Shown: piece after piece, positions 27,942 through 38,190 of the stretch
How positions within the stretch are numbered: position 1 is the first letter of the stretch
Layout: each line of letters opens with the position of its first letter
Origin: Polyangiales bacterium
GTDB taxonomy: Bacteria; Myxococcota_A; Polyangia; Polyangiales; Houyiibacteriaceae
NCBI GenBank assembly: GCA_045106895.1
Contig: JBGCFM010000001.1
Coordinates: 43,264 to 107,263, forward strand
DNA length: 64,000 nt
Direction of reading: 5' to 3'
Notes under the pieces: generated by a model
Seen by the model: the letters and a program-made list of their open reading frames with translations, nothing else
Database searches by the model: none
What the model was told of the DNA's origin: nothing
Program-made: the position numbers and the translations under genes

Positions 27942-28430
27942 GTGAGCGATTCCTCGACGCGCCGCCAAGCTCCCCGCTCGCGCCTATGGCGAGTCCTCGC
28001 TCTGACGCTCCTCGGTACGAGCGCCTGTGGCACGGTGGACCTGGGGGACAACTTCGTTCCGCCGGACTTGATGTTGGACGAGGACTTTTTCTTCTGTCGT
28101 ATTCAGCCGGAGGTTCTGTCACGCCAGTCCTGCGCATCCGGCTCGGCAGCCGACGGCGGAGGATGTCACTCCGCACGGTCCTCGCTGCGGCTGGACCCCG
28201 CTGCGGAGACGGAAACCGCGTCTTGCGATGGGGACACCCTGATCGGACTCGCGCCGGCGTCATACGAGGCGAACCTCGAGGCGATTCGATTTACGGTTCA
28301 GAGCGACCCAGCTTCGAGCCCGCTCTATCGGCGCCCTCTCAACCTCGACTCTCATCCGAGAGAAATCTTCGACTCCATGAGCCCTGAAGCAAACCTCATC
28401 TCCGAGTGGATTCTGATGGGCGGCTCGTGA
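27942..28430 (+). CDS. Lipoprotein, putative c-type cytochrome with atypical C-x10-C-H motif
   Basis: Lipobox TSAC; F.RIQP..L...C-x10-CH...S.L......H.....I.EWI..G pattern resembling planctomycete-type cytochrome c. Confidence 0.6.
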   Translation: MSDSSTRRQAPRSRLWRVLALTLLGTSACGTVDLGDNFVPPDLMLDEDFFFCRIQPEVLSRQSCASGSAADGGGCHSARSSLRLDPAAETETASCDGDTLIGLAPASYEANLEAIRFTVQSDPASSPLYRRPLNLDSHPREIFDSMSPEANLISEWILMGGS

Positions 28431-29185
28431 ACTTCATTCGAAGAATTCCAGCCGTCCTCGCCGTGGTGCTCCTCTGCACTTGGAGCGCGAGCGCGAGCGC
28501 GGACGACGTGGAGGTGTATGCCCGGGTGGTCGTGGACTCGACGCCGCTCCGGAGCGGCCCCGGCCCGCAGTTTCGCCGCGTCGGCATCGCTGTCCGTGGA
28601 GACACGATGCTGGTGATTCAGCGCGCTACGACGGGTTATTGGTTTCAGGTGGAACGCCCAGATGGGTCGAAAGCCTGGGTCATGGGCGACACCGTCTACA
28701 ACCACGAAGTCGGTGAACTCGATGACGCGCGGCGATGGCGCGTCTTCGCGCCCCCTCCCCTCGAAGGAGCGCGGATGGAAATCGCTGTCACCTTCGGCGC
28801 CCTCGGTGGCGGCGGGTTCATGGCCGTTCGTCCAACCATTCTTGTCGACCCACATTTTGGTTTCGAGATCACCGGCGCCGCCTCGGTAAACCGCGCCGGC
28901 CAAATCCTCATCGCCGGCGTTGGCGGAATCGTGAACATTTTCCCGAACTGGCCAGTGGTTCCGTACTTGGCCGTCGGGGGCGGCCTCGCCTTCTCCAACC
29001 CAAACTCCGACACCTTCTTGCTGGAGAGCGGTCGCACCGGCGTGCTCTATGGCGGCGGCGGCCTCCGCTTTGGATTTCGCCACCGGATCACGCTGCGCGT
29101 TGATGTTCGCTCCTACGCATTCTTTGAGGCCGACGCCTACGTATCGGGAGAGGAGTACAGTGGTGGACTCTCTGTTTTCTTCTAG
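28427..29185 (+). CDS. SH3-like domain plus outer-membrane beta-barrel protein
   Basis: Signal peptide; LRSGPG.....G....GD..W.QV....G..AWV (SH3b-like); PYLAVGGG, YGGGGLRF strands; ends SVFF. Confidence 0.8.
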   Translation: MNFIRRIPAVLAVVLLCTWSASASADDVEVYARVVVDSTPLRSGPGPQFRRVGIAVRGDTMLVIQRATTGYWFQVERPDGSKAWVMGDTVYNHEVGELDDARRWRVFAPPPLEGARMEIAVTFGALGGGGFMAVRPTILVDPHFGFEITGAASVNRAGQILIAGVGGIVNIFPNWPVVPYLAVGGGLAFSNPNSDTFLLESGRTGVLYGGGGLRFGFRHRITLRVDVRSYAFFEADAYVSGEEYSGGLSVFF

Positions 29186-29414
29186 TCTCCTTTGTTCTTT
29201 GCGCAGAGGCTTTGCCTTGGTCTGCCTGCTTGCCTGCGCCGCCAGCTCCGGCTGTGTCACCGTGCGTCCGGAGGACAAAGAGTTCTTGGCGCACCCGGCG
29301 ATGACCTTTGGGTCACGTGGCGAGTCCGACGGCCAAGAGGCGCATGTTCTTGGGAACCGTGAAGGCAGCTCTGGCGGAAGTGTCGTCCAAGGCGGAGGCT
29401 GTGGATGCAACTAG
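29163..29414 (+). CDS. DUF4266-like small lipoprotein
   Basis: SGC.TVRP.DKEFLAHPAM...REG..GG....GGGCGCN family pattern; start uncertain. Confidence 0.85.
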   Translation: MDSLFSSSLLCSLRRGFALVCLLACAASSGCVTVRPEDKEFLAHPAMTFGSRGESDGQEAHVLGNREGSSGGSVVQGGGCGCN

Positions 29415-30613
29415 CGTCGCGGCTGAGCGCTCTAGCGATCGCATTGACATGTTTCAGCGCAGCCCCGACCTTCGCCCAGGTCGTGGTGAACAGCACCACC
29501 ACGTTTTACCGCGAGTCCGGCGGTGACCTCAATCAGACGACGATCAACCCCGCCGTGAACATTCGCGGAACCGTGGCGGACCGTGTGAACATTCGTGCGG
29601 GCTGGGAAGCCGACATCGTCTCCGGCGCCTCCGTCGCGGTGGTCGATGCACCGGCACCCGAAGTCGACGCCGTCAGCAGCGCCACCCAGTGGAATGACTT
29701 TCGAAACGTAGTGAGCGGAGGACTCGGAGTCCGAAGCGACTACGCGACGCTGGACGCGACCTATCGTTACGGAACAGAGAGCGACTACCGCTCCCACAGC
29801 TTCACGCTCGCTGCGAGCACCGAGCTTTTTGAGCGCAACACCACGTTGGCCGTGAGCTATGGCCGCGGCTTTGACCAGGTCTGCAACCTCGCTCAACCGC
29901 GCGCCCAAGAAGCCGTGGACCGCGCACGCTTGCCTGGCTCGGATGGCTGCTTCGAGAGCGAAGAACGCGAGAGCCTCAAACTGAGTATTCAGACCTTTCA
30001 AGGGTCTTGGACACAGGCGTGGGCCCCAGTCTTCGTCACCCAACTCTCCCTCCAGGCTCAGGTCTTGGACGGTTACCAAGGAAATCCTTACCGAGCCGTG
30101 TGGCTCGGACGCACAGCGGCGCAAGAGAACCACCCGAATAGTCGCGCGCGTTACACCGCATCCCTTGGAATGCGCTTTTGGATCACACCTTTCCGTGGCG
30201 CTCTTCAGCTCGAAGCGCGCGCGTACCGCGACACGTGGGATGTCTCTTCTGTAACCGCAGAACTCGGCTATGAACAAAACCTCATTGAGGGAATGAGGCT
30301 CCGCGCGCGCGCTCGCTACTACAATCAGACCGGCGCCGCGTTCTTCTCCAACAACTACGCCCTCGCCCCGCGCGGGCAGTACTTCACCGGCGACCGAGAG
30401 CTTTCACCGATGTCGAGTTGGCTCTTCGGAGGCCGATTCGAGTTCGAAGTTCCAGCGGGGGACGACGGTCGCGTAGGCATCTTTGGTCGCTTCGCGGTGG
30501 TGCTCAAGTTTGACTGGATGAAGTTCGATTTTCGAGAGTTCGCCTACGGCCGAGTCGCCGTGCCCAACGATCGCGCGATCATGACAACGCTTGGGCTCGA
30601 AGCCGGCTTCTAG
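29405..30613 (+). CDS. DUF3570-like outer-membrane beta-barrel protein
   Basis: ADIVSGAS, DAVSSAT, ESDYRSH, GYQGNPYR, ENHP..R.R, YRDTWDV, DRELS; C-terminal Phe; follows the DUF4266-like gene. Confidence 0.85.
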   Translation: MQLASRLSALAIALTCFSAAPTFAQVVVNSTTTFYRESGGDLNQTTINPAVNIRGTVADRVNIRAGWEADIVSGASVAVVDAPAPEVDAVSSATQWNDFRNVVSGGLGVRSDYATLDATYRYGTESDYRSHSFTLAASTELFERNTTLAVSYGRGFDQVCNLAQPRAQEAVDRARLPGSDGCFESEERESLKLSIQTFQGSWTQAWAPVFVTQLSLQAQVLDGYQGNPYRAVWLGRTAAQENHPNSRARYTASLGMRFWITPFRGALQLEARAYRDTWDVSSVTAELGYEQNLIEGMRLRARARYYNQTGAAFFSNNYALAPRGQYFTGDRELSPMSSWLFGGRFEFEVPAGDDGRVGIFGRFAVVLKFDWMKFDFREFAYGRVAVPNDRAIMTTLGLEAGF

Positions 30614-30703
30614 GGCATCATCTCCCGACTGTTCCGCCGAGATCGGCTGAGCGGCCCGGGTGAAGCGCTGGCACGAGGCGGATGGGAGTGATACCCGAAA
30701 GCC

Positions 30704-31540
30704 GTGACTCCCGCAGATATCGACGCAACAAGCGCGATGGCCCTCGGCGCCGTCCAAGGCCTCACGGAGTTTTTGCCCGTGTCGAGTTCCGGACACGTCG
30801 CGATCGGCGCCCTGCTCTTCGAGCTGGAAGAAGCTGGCCCCTCGCTCAGCATCGTTCTGCATCTCGGAACGCTCATCGCCACCCTTCTCTTGTTTCGCAA
30901 AGACGTCGCCGGGCTCTTTGTGGCGACGGGCCGCGCGGTGGCGAAACCTAGCTCTCTGCGTGACAGCGAAGAGGGGCGGACCTTGGCGCGTATTCTCCTA
31001 GCGTCGATTCCCACAGCCGTCATCGGCCTCCTGGTCAAAGACTACGTCGAAGCATGGGCTCACTTTCCTTGGATCGTCGGTGCGTGCCTTTTGGTTTCCG
31101 CCGTGTTGGTACTGACCACACGAAGAAGCGGCGGCGCCGACAAAGAGGCGAAGAAAGAGCTCTCTCTGCGCGCAGCACTCATCGTTGGCGTCGTTCAGGG
31201 CGTCGCGGTTCTGCCTGGGATCAGTCGAAGCGGCGCGACCATCGCCGCCGCGATGATGCTCGGCATGGCGGGCGCCAGTGCGTTTCGTTTCTCGTTTCTT
31301 CTTTCTCTTCCCGCGGTGGCCGGCGCGGCGCTCTTGCTCCTTCTGAAGGACAACGCCTTCGCCTCTGTGCCTCCCGCACTCTGGCTTGGGGGACTGGTGG
31401 CGTTGGTCGTCGGTCTTCTCTCGCTGGTGCTTCTGCGAAAGGTCGTCAACGAAGGCAGATTTTGGGCGTTCGCGCTCTACCTTGTGCCTGTCGGCGTCGG
31501 CCTCATTGTCTACGACCTGTGGTTTGGAGCGTCTCAATGA
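30704..31540 (+). CDS. uppP: Undecaprenyl-diphosphate phosphatase
   Basis: VQGLTEFLPVSSSGH, PGISRSGAT, FSFLLS.PA. Confidence 0.97.
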   Translation: MTPADIDATSAMALGAVQGLTEFLPVSSSGHVAIGALLFELEEAGPSLSIVLHLGTLIATLLLFRKDVAGLFVATGRAVAKPSSLRDSEEGRTLARILLASIPTAVIGLLVKDYVEAWAHFPWIVGACLLVSAVLVLTTRRSGGADKEAKKELSLRAALIVGVVQGVAVLPGISRSGATIAAAMMLGMAGASAFRFSFLLSLPAVAGAALLLLLKDNAFASVPPALWLGGLVALVVGLLSLVLLRKVVNEGRFWAFALYLVPVGVGLIVYDLWFGASQ

Positions 31541-32601
31541 GTGTATTTGCTGTGATCATGGCCGGCGGTTCCGGCACTCGTTTCTGGCCCGCTTCTCGGC
31601 GCCATCGCCCCAAACAACTCCTGCCGCTCGGCCCCGATGACCGAACGCTCTTGCGTGCAACCATCGACCGCATCAGCGACGTCGTGCCCGCCGAGCGAGT
31701 TCTCATCGTCACGAGCGCGCTTCTCGCCGACGCCATCGCAGCGGAGCTTCCGGAGCTTCCCCGCGAGAACATCTTGGAGGAGCCCACGGGTCGTAACACC
31801 GCCCCCTGCGTCGCTTGGGCCGCGGCCCACATCCGCCGGCGCGACCCGGAGGGTTCGATGATGGTCCTCCCGGCGGACCACCATATCGGCGACGAAGACG
31901 GGTACCGCGCGGTGCTCCGAAACGCGCTTCGCGCCTGCGAGAGCGGAGCCCTTGTGACAGTAGGGCTGACGCCGACGCGCCCTGAAACCGGCTATGGCTA
32001 TCTGGAGCTCGGCGAGGCTGTCGATGAGGGTGTCTTCGCAGCACGGCGTTTTGTCGAGAAGCCGGACCGGCAGCGCGCGGAGCAGTTCCTCAGCGCGGGG
32101 AACTTTCTGTGGAACAGCGGCATGTTCTTCTTCAAGGCTGCCGCCATCCTTGAAGCGGTGGCCGAGCACTTGCCGGGGCTGGCCTCCGGAATCGACGCCC
32201 TCGATGAGGCGGCGAAGTCCGGGGACGAAGCGAGCGTTGTCGCTTCGACGTATGGAGAGCTCCCCTCCGTATCCATCGACCACGGCGTCATGGAAAAAGC
32301 CGCCGTGGTCCACGTGGTGCCCGGGTCTTTCGGCTGGTCCGATCTCGGTAGCTGGATGAGTGCTTGGGAACTGGGCAACAAGGATGACGCGGACAACGCC
32401 GTTCGCGGCGACGCGGTCTTGGTCGATGCACGAGGCAATATTGTCGATGTCCCCGCCGGCAAAGTCGTGGCCTTGGTGGGCGTCGAAGGTCTCGTCGTCG
32501 TCGATACGGAAGACGCGCTCCTCGTGATGCCTCGGGAACGCGCGCAGGACGTCCGAGCTGTCGTTGACGCCCTGAAAGAACGCCAAGACAAACGCTTTTA
32601 G
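31537..32601 (+). CDS. manC: Mannose-1-phosphate guanylyltransferase
   Basis: MAGGSGTRFWPASR...PKQ, RNTAP, PADH, ETGYGY, FVEKP, WNSGMF, WSDLG. Confidence 0.95.
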   Translation: MSVFAVIMAGGSGTRFWPASRRHRPKQLLPLGPDDRTLLRATIDRISDVVPAERVLIVTSALLADAIAAELPELPRENILEEPTGRNTAPCVAWAAAHIRRRDPEGSMMVLPADHHIGDEDGYRAVLRNALRACESGALVTVGLTPTRPETGYGYLELGEAVDEGVFAARRFVEKPDRQRAEQFLSAGNFLWNSGMFFFKAAAILEAVAEHLPGLASGIDALDEAAKSGDEASVVASTYGELPSVSIDHGVMEKAAVVHVVPGSFGWSDLGSWMSAWELGNKDDADNAVRGDAVLVDARGNIVDVPAGKVVALVGVEGLVVVDTEDALLVMPRERAQDVRAVVDALKERQDKRF

Positions 32602-32634
32602 CGGGTAGCGAGAGAGTGCTAGGGTCCACCCGCG

Positions 32635-33990
32635 ATGAACCCACATTCTTTCCGTCAGTACGACATCCGCGGCCACGCCGAACGTGATCTAAGCGGGGAC
32701 TTTCCCCTTGAACTCGGCCGCGCGCTGGGGACTTTCTGGACACGCGCGGGCCACACGAAGGTCGCTCTCGGGCGCGACTGCCGCGAGAGCTCGCCGCGCT
32801 TGCATGAAGCGCTTCTGCGAGGTCTGCTGGAAGCGGGCCTGGACGTCGTCGACGTGGGTATTGGTCCGACGCCAACGATGTACTTCGCGGTGTTTCACGA
32901 AGAGCTCGACGGCGGCGTCATGATCACCGGTAGCCACAACGCCGGCCACGACAACGGCTTCAAGATGATGAAGGGCCGAGGCTCTCTCTACGGCGACGAC
33001 ATCCTCACGCTTCGAGAGATGATCGAAAACCGTGACTACGACTTGCCCGGCGGCGGAAGCGTTCGCGAGAAGGACATGTTGCCGACGTACCTCGGCTTCC
33101 TTCGTGGCAACATCCGCCCGAAGAGCACGTCTCTTCGTTTTGCGATGGACGCTGGCAACGGCGCCGCGGGACCCACCGCGATCGCCGCGATGAAGGCGCT
33201 GGGTTTCGAACCCGTCGAGCTGCTTTGCGAGATGGACGGTTCGTTCCCCAATCACCACCCAGATCCAACCGTCGAAAAGAACCTGAAGCTCCTCATCGAC
33301 ACCGTTCGTGAGCTCGACCTGGACTTTGGGGTAGCTTTCGATGGTGACGGCGACCGAATCGGCGTCGTCGATAGGAACGGAGATGTCCTCTGGGGAGACA
33401 AGCTCCTCGCGGTCCTCGCGCGCGACCTCCTCAAGCGCCGACCCGGCGCGGCGGTCCTCGGCGAGGTGAAGTGCAGTCAGCTTCTCTACGATGACATCGC
33501 AGCGCACGGCGGACGCCCCATTCTTTGGAAGACGGGCCACTCCCTCATCAAGACAAAGATGAAAGAAGAAGGCGCGCTCCTCGCCGGCGAGATGAGCGGA
33601 CACATTTTCTTCAAGGACCGGTTCTACGGTTTCGATGACGCTGTCTACGCGACGGCGCGCCTCGTAGAACTGCTCAGCGACGGCGGCCCACCCCTCGACG
33701 AACGTATCGCCGACATGCCGAAAACGGTCATCACTCCGGAGCTTCGCGTCGACTGCCCCGACGAAAAGAAGTTCGCCGTCGTCGAGGCCGTGCGGGACCA
33801 TTTTCGACCCACCCATGAGCTCATCGAGATCGACGGGGCGCGTATTCTCTTCGGAGACGGGGCTTGGGGGCTGGTACGTGCGTCAAACACGGGCCCAGTC
33901 CTGGTCATGCGCTTCGAAGCCAATTCACAGGCGGACCTCGAGGCCAATCGGAAAGCCGTCGAGAGCGTCGTCCAGGCTGCACTCGCGTAG
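32635..33990 (+). CDS. algC: Phosphomannomutase/phosphoglucomutase
   Basis: FRQYDIRG, TGSHN, FDGDGDR, GEMSGH, VRASNT. Confidence 0.95.
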   Translation: MNPHSFRQYDIRGHAERDLSGDFPLELGRALGTFWTRAGHTKVALGRDCRESSPRLHEALLRGLLEAGLDVVDVGIGPTPTMYFAVFHEELDGGVMITGSHNAGHDNGFKMMKGRGSLYGDDILTLREMIENRDYDLPGGGSVREKDMLPTYLGFLRGNIRPKSTSLRFAMDAGNGAAGPTAIAAMKALGFEPVELLCEMDGSFPNHHPDPTVEKNLKLLIDTVRELDLDFGVAFDGDGDRIGVVDRNGDVLWGDKLLAVLARDLLKRRPGAAVLGEVKCSQLLYDDIAAHGGRPILWKTGHSLIKTKMKEEGALLAGEMSGHIFFKDRFYGFDDAVYATARLVELLSDGGPPLDERIADMPKTVITPELRVDCPDEKKFAVVEAVRDHFRPTHELIEIDGARILFGDGAWGLVRASNTGPVLVMRFEANSQADLEANRKAVESVVQAALA

Positions 33991-34035
33991 TCGAACCGCT
34001 CGCGCCCCGCGTTAGAAAGCGGGGACGGGAGCGAG

Positions 34036-35481
34036 CTATTCGAAGGTCACGTCGACGGAGGCTTCGAGTCCGTCGGCTCCTTCGGTCCAATCCGAGGGGC
34101 CGATGAAGATTCGGCGGGGCGCTTGTCCCGCCGAGTAGACGAGGAGCTCCACGGGTTCGTCCGCCGGAAGGTCTTCGATGCGGGCGGAGCCGAATCCGAT
34201 GAGCAAGAAGACACGAGCGCCCGGTGGCGTCGTGATGACTCGAATGCTCCCGAGGCCACCGCTTGGTGTCCCCATTCCTTCCCGGGTCAGTCCAGTCTCG
34301 CCAAGGTCGATCTGTTCGAAAGCCACGTCCGAGTCACCGGTCTGCATCGCAAGTTCGTAGCGAGGAGAATCTCCCCCCTGCCAGACCGCGTCAGACGGGA
34401 CGACGGCGCGGGTCGGCGAGCGACCATCCGCGACGGCGACAAATTCGTGTGCGACGCCGCGTGGAAGGTCTTCCGCCACCGCCGGCCCACGACCGACAAA
34501 GAAGAGAATCTGCGCCTCCGCCGGCGCCGAGACGATGAGGTTCCCGTGTGGGCGCGTAGGCGCGGGCTCTACCTCCGCCGGGACCTCCGGCTCTTCGGGA
34601 GGCGCGTTTCCTAGGATTCGCGCGACCACGTCCGGCCGGAGAAGGACCAGCGCAGCAACGCCCGCGGCGATGAGGGCAAGCATGGCCAGCACCGCGAGAA
34701 TCCCGCCTCGATTGCTCCCGGCGGGGTCTTCGAACTCATCGAGTCCTCCCTGATACTGCGGCAGGACGTCCGTCGGTTCTGGCTCGGAGCGTCGAGGTTC
34801 GCGTGCGGGCCGCTGGGGCTCCGCGGGCGGCCTTGGAGCCGCACTTGGTGGGGCCGCGCGTGGTGGCGTGATGGGTCGAGCTTTGGGAGGCCGAACCGTG
34901 GCCGAGCGAGTTGAAGCGACAACCTTGGCAAGGGCTTCGTCGTCCAGCGCGCCGAGACGCATCGTCGGCGCGTTGTCGCTGTCGTATCCGTCGAGGAGCG
35001 CGTCCAGGTCGGCGTCGACGGAGTCGGCGCTCGGAACCGGGGCCGCCGCCCGGCGATTCTTCGTTTCTTTGAGAAGTCGAGAGAGCACCCGACGCGCCGC
35101 AGACCGGTTGAGCGGAACAAGGCTCGCTTCAAGCTCATCGCGCAACTTCGAGAGGTCCCAGACTCCGTTGGAAGGCCCTCTCTCAACGAGGCTCAAGAGC
35201 ACCGGAGGAACCCCCGTACCCGAAGCGACGAGAAGATGCGCCAAGATATCGACGACACTTCGTGCCGCCTCTTCGCCACTGGCGCTGTGGGGTGGCGCGT
35301 AGACGGCGACGTTCCCCTCGGCGGAGATGCGCGTGTCTTTGGGGCTCGCCACGGCGGGCCCCTGAGTAAGAAGCGCCTCGCAGATTTCTAAGGCGACGAA
35401 GGCCCCGATCTCGAAGGGGAGTCGCCCCTCGCGGTTGCGGCAACCTTCTACGAAGTCGGCGATGGTGACACCGACGCTCAC
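34036..35481 (-). CDS. Bitopic membrane protein with degenerate kinase-like N-terminus and PEGA-like exported domain
   Basis: [17 protein letters not shown]...[13 protein letters not shown]; Pro-rich linker; [16 protein letters not shown]. Confidence 0.7.
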   Translation of the reverse strand: MSVGVTIADFVEGCRNREGRLPFEIGAFVALEICEALLTQGPAVASPKDTRISAEGNVAVYAPPHSASGEEAARSVVDILAHLLVASGTGVPPVLLSLVERGPSNGVWDLSKLRDELEASLVPLNRSAARRVLSRLLKETKNRRAAAPVPSADSVDADLDALLDGYDSDNAPTMRLGALDDEALAKVVASTRSATVRPPKARPITPPRAAPPSAAPRPPAEPQRPAREPRRSEPEPTDVLPQYQGGLDEFEDPAGSNRGGILAVLAMLALIAAGVAALVLLRPDVVARILGNAPPEEPEVPAEVEPAPTRPHGNLIVSAPAEAQILFFVGRGPAVAEDLPRGVAHEFVAVADGRSPTRAVVPSDAVWQGGDSPRYELAMQTGDSDVAFEQIDLGETGLTREGMGTPSGGLGSIRVITTPPGARVFLLIGFGSARIEDLPADEPVELLVYSAGQAPRRIFIGPSDWTEGADGLEASVDVTFE

Positions 35482-36266
35482 GAACTCACTCCATGGGCAG
35501 ACTCCATGGCGGGCCGGATCGGAATGCCCCGGGAAGCGAGATAGGCCTTCGCTTCATGAATCGTAAAGTCACCGTCGTGGAAGATGCTCGCAGCGAGGGC
35601 GCCGGAAGCGCCGCCCTCGACGAGGCCCTCGGCCAAATGCTCCAAGCGACCCACGCCTCCGGAGGCGATGACGGGGATATCCACCGCGTCGCTCACCGCG
35701 CGCGTCAGGCTCAGATCGTAGCCATCCCGGGTGCCGTCTTGATTCATACTGGTGAGAAGTATCTCACCCGCGCCTGCTCTGGCCACTTTCCGGGCCCATT
35801 CGAGTGCATCGAGGCCAGAGTCTTGGCGTCCGCCCCGGGTGAAAACGCCCCAAGCGCCGCTGTCTCGACGTTTTGCGTCGATGGCGACGACGATCGCCTG
35901 GGACCCGTAGAGCTCGGCGGCCTCCTCGATGAGCGCGGGCCGTGCCACTGCGGCCGAGTTCATGGATACTTTGTCGGCGCCGGCGGCGAGCATCTCGCGC
36001 ACGTTTGCGACGCTGCGTACACCTCCGCCAACGGTGAGCGGCACCGCCACCCGACGCGCCGTTCGTTCCACCAGCTCGAAGAGCGTGCGACGTTGCTCAT
36101 GTGTGGCGCCGATGTCGAGAAAGGTAATCTCATCCGCCCCGCTTTCGCAGTAGCGCGAGGCGAGCTCCAGGGGATCACCGGCATCGCGCAGCCCAACGAA
36201 GTTCACGCCTTTGACGACGCGACCGTTGTTCACGTCGAGGCAAGGGATGAGCCGCTTTGCTAACAT
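35478..36266 (-). CDS. hisF: Imidazole glycerol phosphate synthase cyclase subunit
   Basis: [33 protein letters not shown]; start trimmed to ATG 36266. Confidence 0.98.
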   Translation of the reverse strand: MLAKRLIPCLDVNNGRVVKGVNFVGLRDAGDPLELASRYCESGADEITFLDIGATHEQRRTLFELVERTARRVAVPLTVGGGVRSVANVREMLAAGADKVSMNSAAVARPALIEEAAELYGSQAIVVAIDAKRRDSGAWGVFTRGGRQDSGLDALEWARKVARAGAGEILLTSMNQDGTRDGYDLSLTRAVSDAVDIPVIASGGVGRLEHLAEGLVEGGASGALAASIFHDGDFTIHEAKAYLASRGIPIRPAMESAHGVSS

Positions 36267-36979
36267 GAGGTGGCCACGCGAAACGCTTCCTCGAGCGTGA
36301 ACGCCCCGGAATACAGAGCCTTGCCCACGACGGAAGCTTGAACGCCGGCTGCGGCGAGGGCGCGAATATCGTCCAGGCGACCGACACCTCCCGACGCGAT
36401 GACCTGAGTCTTCAGTTCGGATTGCAGCTTCGCGGTCCCGGCGACGTCGGGTCCTTCCCCGGTGCCGTCGTGCTCGATGTTGGTGAAGAGAATCGCCGCG
36501 GCGCCCCAGGCGTCGACCTGAACGGCTACATCGGTAACGGATTGGCCGGAACCTTCGAGCCACCCTTCGACGGCGACCTCGCCACCTCGTGCGTCCAATG
36601 CGACGACGACGTCGCCCTCTGCACAAAGGGCCTGCACCACTGCTGGGGCTTTGATCGCGGCGGTGCCCATGACCACGCGCTCAACGCCGAGCGACCACCA
36701 GGCGCGGGCCGCCGAAGCGTCGCGAACGCCGCCCCCGACCTGAAGCCGCAGCTTCGTCGACTTGCACATCGCGGCGATGAGTTCGCCGTGCACGGGGCGG
36801 CCTTCTTTGGCGCCGTTGAGGTCGACGACGTGCAGGCGTGTTGCCCCTGCAGACTCTAACGAGCGCGCCATCGCCACCGGGTCATCGCCGTAAATGGTGG
36901 AGGCGTCGTAGTCGCCCTTGTGAAGCCGAACAACATGACCGTCGAGGATGTCGATGGCGGGGATGAGTTCGAATGTCAT
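36260..36979 (-). CDS. hisA: ProFAR isomerase
   Basis: LIPAIDI.DG.VVRL.KG, LHVVDL.GA, QVGGG.R, IASGG. Confidence 0.97.
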   Translation of the reverse strand: MTFELIPAIDILDGHVVRLHKGDYDASTIYGDDPVAMARSLESAGATRLHVVDLNGAKEGRPVHGELIAAMCKSTKLRLQVGGGVRDASAARAWWSLGVERVVMGTAAIKAPAVVQALCAEGDVVVALDARGGEVAVEGWLEGSGQSVTDVAVQVDAWGAAAILFTNIEHDGTGEGPDVAGTAKLQSELKTQVIASGGVGRLDDIRALAAAGVQASVVGKALYSGAFTLEEAFRVATSC

Positions 36980-37581
36980 GGCGTGAGCTCCAGGAATTTT
37001 CTCAGCAGAGTCTCGCCGCGGCGCTGGCTCTTCTCGGGATGAAACTGCACCGCGTAGAGGTTGCCCTCGGCGACGGCGGAACAGAACGCCTCGCCGTAGT
37101 CGGTTTCGGCAGCGACGACAGCAGAGTCGTCCGGCACGCAATGAAAAGAGTGCACGAAATAATAGTACGCGCCGTCTTCCACGAAAGAATGCGAAGCTCG
37201 CGTCGTGTTCCAGCCCATGTGCGGCACCTTTCGGTCAGGCGAAGGCTCGAAGCGAATACACTTCCCTTTGAGGATTCCGAGGCCCTTTGCCTCAGGCGCC
37301 TCCTCGCTTGATTCGAAGAGGAGCTGCATCCCAAGACAGATTCCGAGATACGGTGTGCCCGCGACGATTCGGTGACGAAGCGCCTCGCCGAGAGGACCGC
37401 TCACGGCGCGAGCGCCGTCTCCGAAGGCTCCCTGGCCAGGGACCAACAGGTACTCGGCTGCCTCGACCCCTGCGACGTCGTCCACGACTCGCGCTTTCGC
37501 ACCGACTCGTTCGACGGCGCCGACGACGCTGTGCAGGTTGCCAAGGCCGAGGTTGACCACGCTGACAGTCTTCACGCTCAC
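36976..37581 (-). CDS. hisH: Imidazole glycerol phosphate synthase glutaminase subunit
   Basis: GNLHSV, PGQGAF, GICLGMQ, VPHMGWN, QFHPEKS. Confidence 0.98.
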   Translation of the reverse strand: MSVKTVSVVNLGLGNLHSVVGAVERVGAKARVVDDVAGVEAAEYLLVPGQGAFGDGARAVSGPLGEALRHRIVAGTPYLGICLGMQLLFESSEEAPEAKGLGILKGKCIRFEPSPDRKVPHMGWNTTRASHSFVEDGAYYYFVHSFHCVPDDSAVVAAETDYGEAFCSAVAEGNLYAVQFHPEKSQRRGETLLRKFLELTP

Positions 37582-38174
37582 TCCGTCAGTGTGCCTTTAG
37601 TGGACGGCACCGTGTCTGGTGCGCGTGGATCGATCTCCGTCGCAATGCGAAGCGCTTTTGCAAAAGCCTTGAACGTGATCTCGACGATGTGATGCAGGTT
37701 CTCTCCCTCTTCGAGGACGAGGTGAAGGTTACATTCAGCGCCTCGGGCGAAGCCCTCGAAGAAGACCTCCGCGAGCTCTGTGTCGAACTGGCCGATCTTT
37801 GTTTTGGGCATTGGAACGCGCCAAACAAAGAAGGTTCGCCCGGACAGGTCCAAGGTGCACGTCACGCGCGCTTCGTCCATCGGCAAGGTCGCCCAGCCAT
37901 AGCGCCGAATGCCGACGCGCTGACCGAGGGCCTTCGCGAAGGTTCGGCCCAGCGTAATCCCAAGGTCCTCGGTGGTGTGGTGACCATCGATTTCCGTGTC
38001 GCCCTTCGCGTCGACTTTGAGGTCGAAGAGGCCGTGGCGGGAGAGTTGCTCCACCATGTGCGTCAAAAACGGAAGAGGTGTCTTGATTTCGTGCCGGCCG
38101 CGTCCATCCAAATCGAGTTCGATTCGAATATCCGTTTCGCTGGTCGTTCTAGTGAGCTCCGCTTTGCGCGACAT
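37578..38174 (-). CDS. hisB: Imidazoleglycerol-phosphate dehydratase
   Basis: RTTSETDI, DGHHTTED, PMDEA, NLHHIVE.FKA. Confidence 0.98.
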   Translation of the reverse strand: MSRKAELTRTTSETDIRIELDLDGRGRHEIKTPLPFLTHMVEQLSRHGLFDLKVDAKGDTEIDGHHTTEDLGITLGRTFAKALGQRVGIRRYGWATLPMDEARVTCTLDLSGRTFFVWRVPMPKTKIGQFDTELAEVFFEGFARGAECNLHLVLEEGENLHHIVEITFKAFAKALRIATEIDPRAPDTVPSTKGTLTE

Positions 38175-38190
38175 GAGCGGACGATAGCAC

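Noticed and set aside
35478..37141. Long Arg-rich N-terminal extensions on hisF and hisA (similarly manC, M20 peptidase, trpC, sixA, dCMP deaminase)
   Set aside because: Artefacts of longest-ORF calling in GC-rich DNA; family-typical N-termini start at downstream codons
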